NCBI GenBank assembly: GCA_964016885.1 | Contig: OZ024741.1 | Span: 248,868,001-248,932,000, forward strand | DNA length: 64,000 bases | Origin: Eledone cirrhosa | Lineage: Eukaryota | Reading direction: 5' to 3' | Shown here: in pieces, positions 63,075 to 64,000 of the stretch | Numbering within the stretch: position 1 is the first letter of the stretch | How the letters are laid out: each line of letters starts with the position of its first letter | Notes under the pieces: model-generated | Databases searched by the model: none | What the model saw: only the letters and a program-made list of their open reading frames with translations | What the model was told of the DNA's origin: nothing | Made by a program: the position numbers and the translations under genes

Positions 63075-64000
63075 AACAAAAATCAGGGGGAGATAATTTG
63101 TAAAAAAAAATCAGGGGGAGATAATTTGTAAAAAAAAATCAGGGGGATATAATTTGTAAAAAAAATCAAGGGGAGATAATTTCCAGCCGTCCAAGGGGAG
63201 GTAATATCTAGCCATCCAAGGGGAGATAATTTCCAGCCGTCCAAGGGGAGATAATTTCCAGCCGTCCAAGGGGAGATAATATCCAGCCGTCCAAGGAGAC
63301 ATATTTTCCAGCCGTCCAATGAGAGGTAATTTCTAGCCGTCCAAGGGGAGATAAGTTCCAGCCTCCAAGGGGAGATAATTTCCAGCCAGCCAAGGGGAGA
63401 TAATTTGTAAAAAAATCAGGGGGAGATAATTTGTAAAAAAAATCAGGGGGAGATAATTTGTAAAAAAAAATCAGGGGAGATAATTTGTAAAAAAAAATCA
63501 GGGGGAGATAATTTGTAAAAAAAAATCAGGGAGAGATAATTTGTAAAAAAAATCAAGGGGAGATAATTTCCAGCCGTCCAAGGGGAGATAATTTTCAGCC
63601 GTCCAAGGAGAGGTAAATTCTAGCCGTCCAAGGAGAGATAATTTCCAGCCGTCCAAGGTGAGATAATTTCCAGCCGTCCAAAGGGAGATAATTTTTTTAA
63701 AAAAATCAGGCGCAGATAAGTTGTAAAAAAAAATCAGGGGGAGATAATTTGTAAAAAAAAATCAGGGGGAGATAATTTGTAAAAAAAATCAAGGGGAGAT
63801 AATTTCCAGCCGTCCAAGGGAAGATAATTTCCAGCCCTCCAAGGGGCTATAATTTCCAGCGTCCAAGGGGAGATAATTTCCAGCCAGGGAAGGGGAGATA
63901 ATTTTTTTTTAAAAATCACTGGGAGATTTGTAAAAAAAATCAGGGGGAGATAATTTGTAAAAAACTCAAGGGGTGATAATTTCCAGCCGTCCAAAGAGAG
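63075..64000 (+). repeat. Dispersed copy of about 22560-23480 (offset 40518), running off the window end
   Basis: Shared variants GGGGGATATAA, CCAATGAGAGG, AAGGTGAGA, GGCGCAGATAAGTT, ATCACTGGGAGATTTG and ACTCAAGGGGTGATA. Confidence 0.92.

Larger units (their letters stand above)
1..64000 (+). repeat. Composite tandem satellite array of two monomer types: A = GGGGAGATAATTTCCAGCCGTCCAA (25 bp) and B = GGGGGAGATAATTTGT(A)7-10TCA (26-29 bp); head-to-tail, one orientation, open at both window ends
   Basis: Every line of the window parses into these monomers or point/indel variants of them. I saw no unique sequence and no inverted (CCCCT...-oriented) block. Confidence 0.99.

Noticed and set aside
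379-63994. Numerous minus-strand ORFs of 61-199 aa (LEIISPW / NYLPLIFFT / KLSPLGR repeats)
   Set aside because: They are direct translations of the monomers. The 25-bp unit cycles through all three frames, 27-bp B units give in-frame NYLPLIFFT, ORFs overlap in several frames, most begin at non-ATG codons, and they end wherever an A-run length shifts frame. The + strand is closed by TAA in every monomer. There is no sign of coding constraint.
1-64000. CRISPR-like pattern of a constant repeat separated by spacers
   Set aside because: The intervening parts are only 8-12 bp and of two recurring types rather than unique spacers. The core is not palindromic, and there is no leader or cas gene.
1-64000. 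GGAG/AGGAG motifs resembling Shine-Dalgarno or CsrA-binding sites, and AGGGG resembling yeast STRE
   Set aside because: There are no downstream start codons or ORFs and no hairpin-presented GGA loops, and nothing supports a bacterial or yeast promoter context. The motifs are a by-product of the monomer.
1-64000. De novo synthesis by a telomerase or reverse transcriptase alternating between two templates
   Set aside because: Variants and A-run lengths are inherited in long collinear blocks, which indicates DNA-level duplication rather than independent templated addition of each monomer.
1-64000. Whole array as a sequencing or low-complexity artefact
   Set aside because: Reproducible cassettes and private variants shared between distant copies show real evolutionary structure. 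Individual large duplications could still be misassembled.

Overview
The whole 64 kb window is one uninterrupted, single-orientation satellite DNA array. I found no credible protein-coding gene, RNA gene, transposon or CRISPR array. It is built from two related monomers that share a 17-bp core, YCARGGGGAGATAATTT. Monomer A adds CCAGCCGT (25 bp, about 52% GC). Monomer B adds GT plus A7-A10 (26-29 bp, about 30% GC). There are roughly 2,400 monomers (64,000/~26). A and B occur in alternating blocks, and the A blocks come from a small set of fixed variant cassettes with stereotyped boundary monomers. These units are amplified into nested higher-order duplications, read from constant offsets in the ORF track and from shared private variants: about 180, 206, 918, 1873, 2097, 2393 and 9391 bp in tandem, and dispersed copies at offsets of about 6.3, 10.1, 13.1, 18, 24.3, 40.5 and 53.3 kb. 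The minus-strand ORFs are translation artefacts of the repeat. The organisation resembles eukaryotic centromeric, pericentromeric or subtelomeric satellite, but the organism and function cannot be established from the sequence alone. Duplication boundaries are approximate to within one or two monomers.
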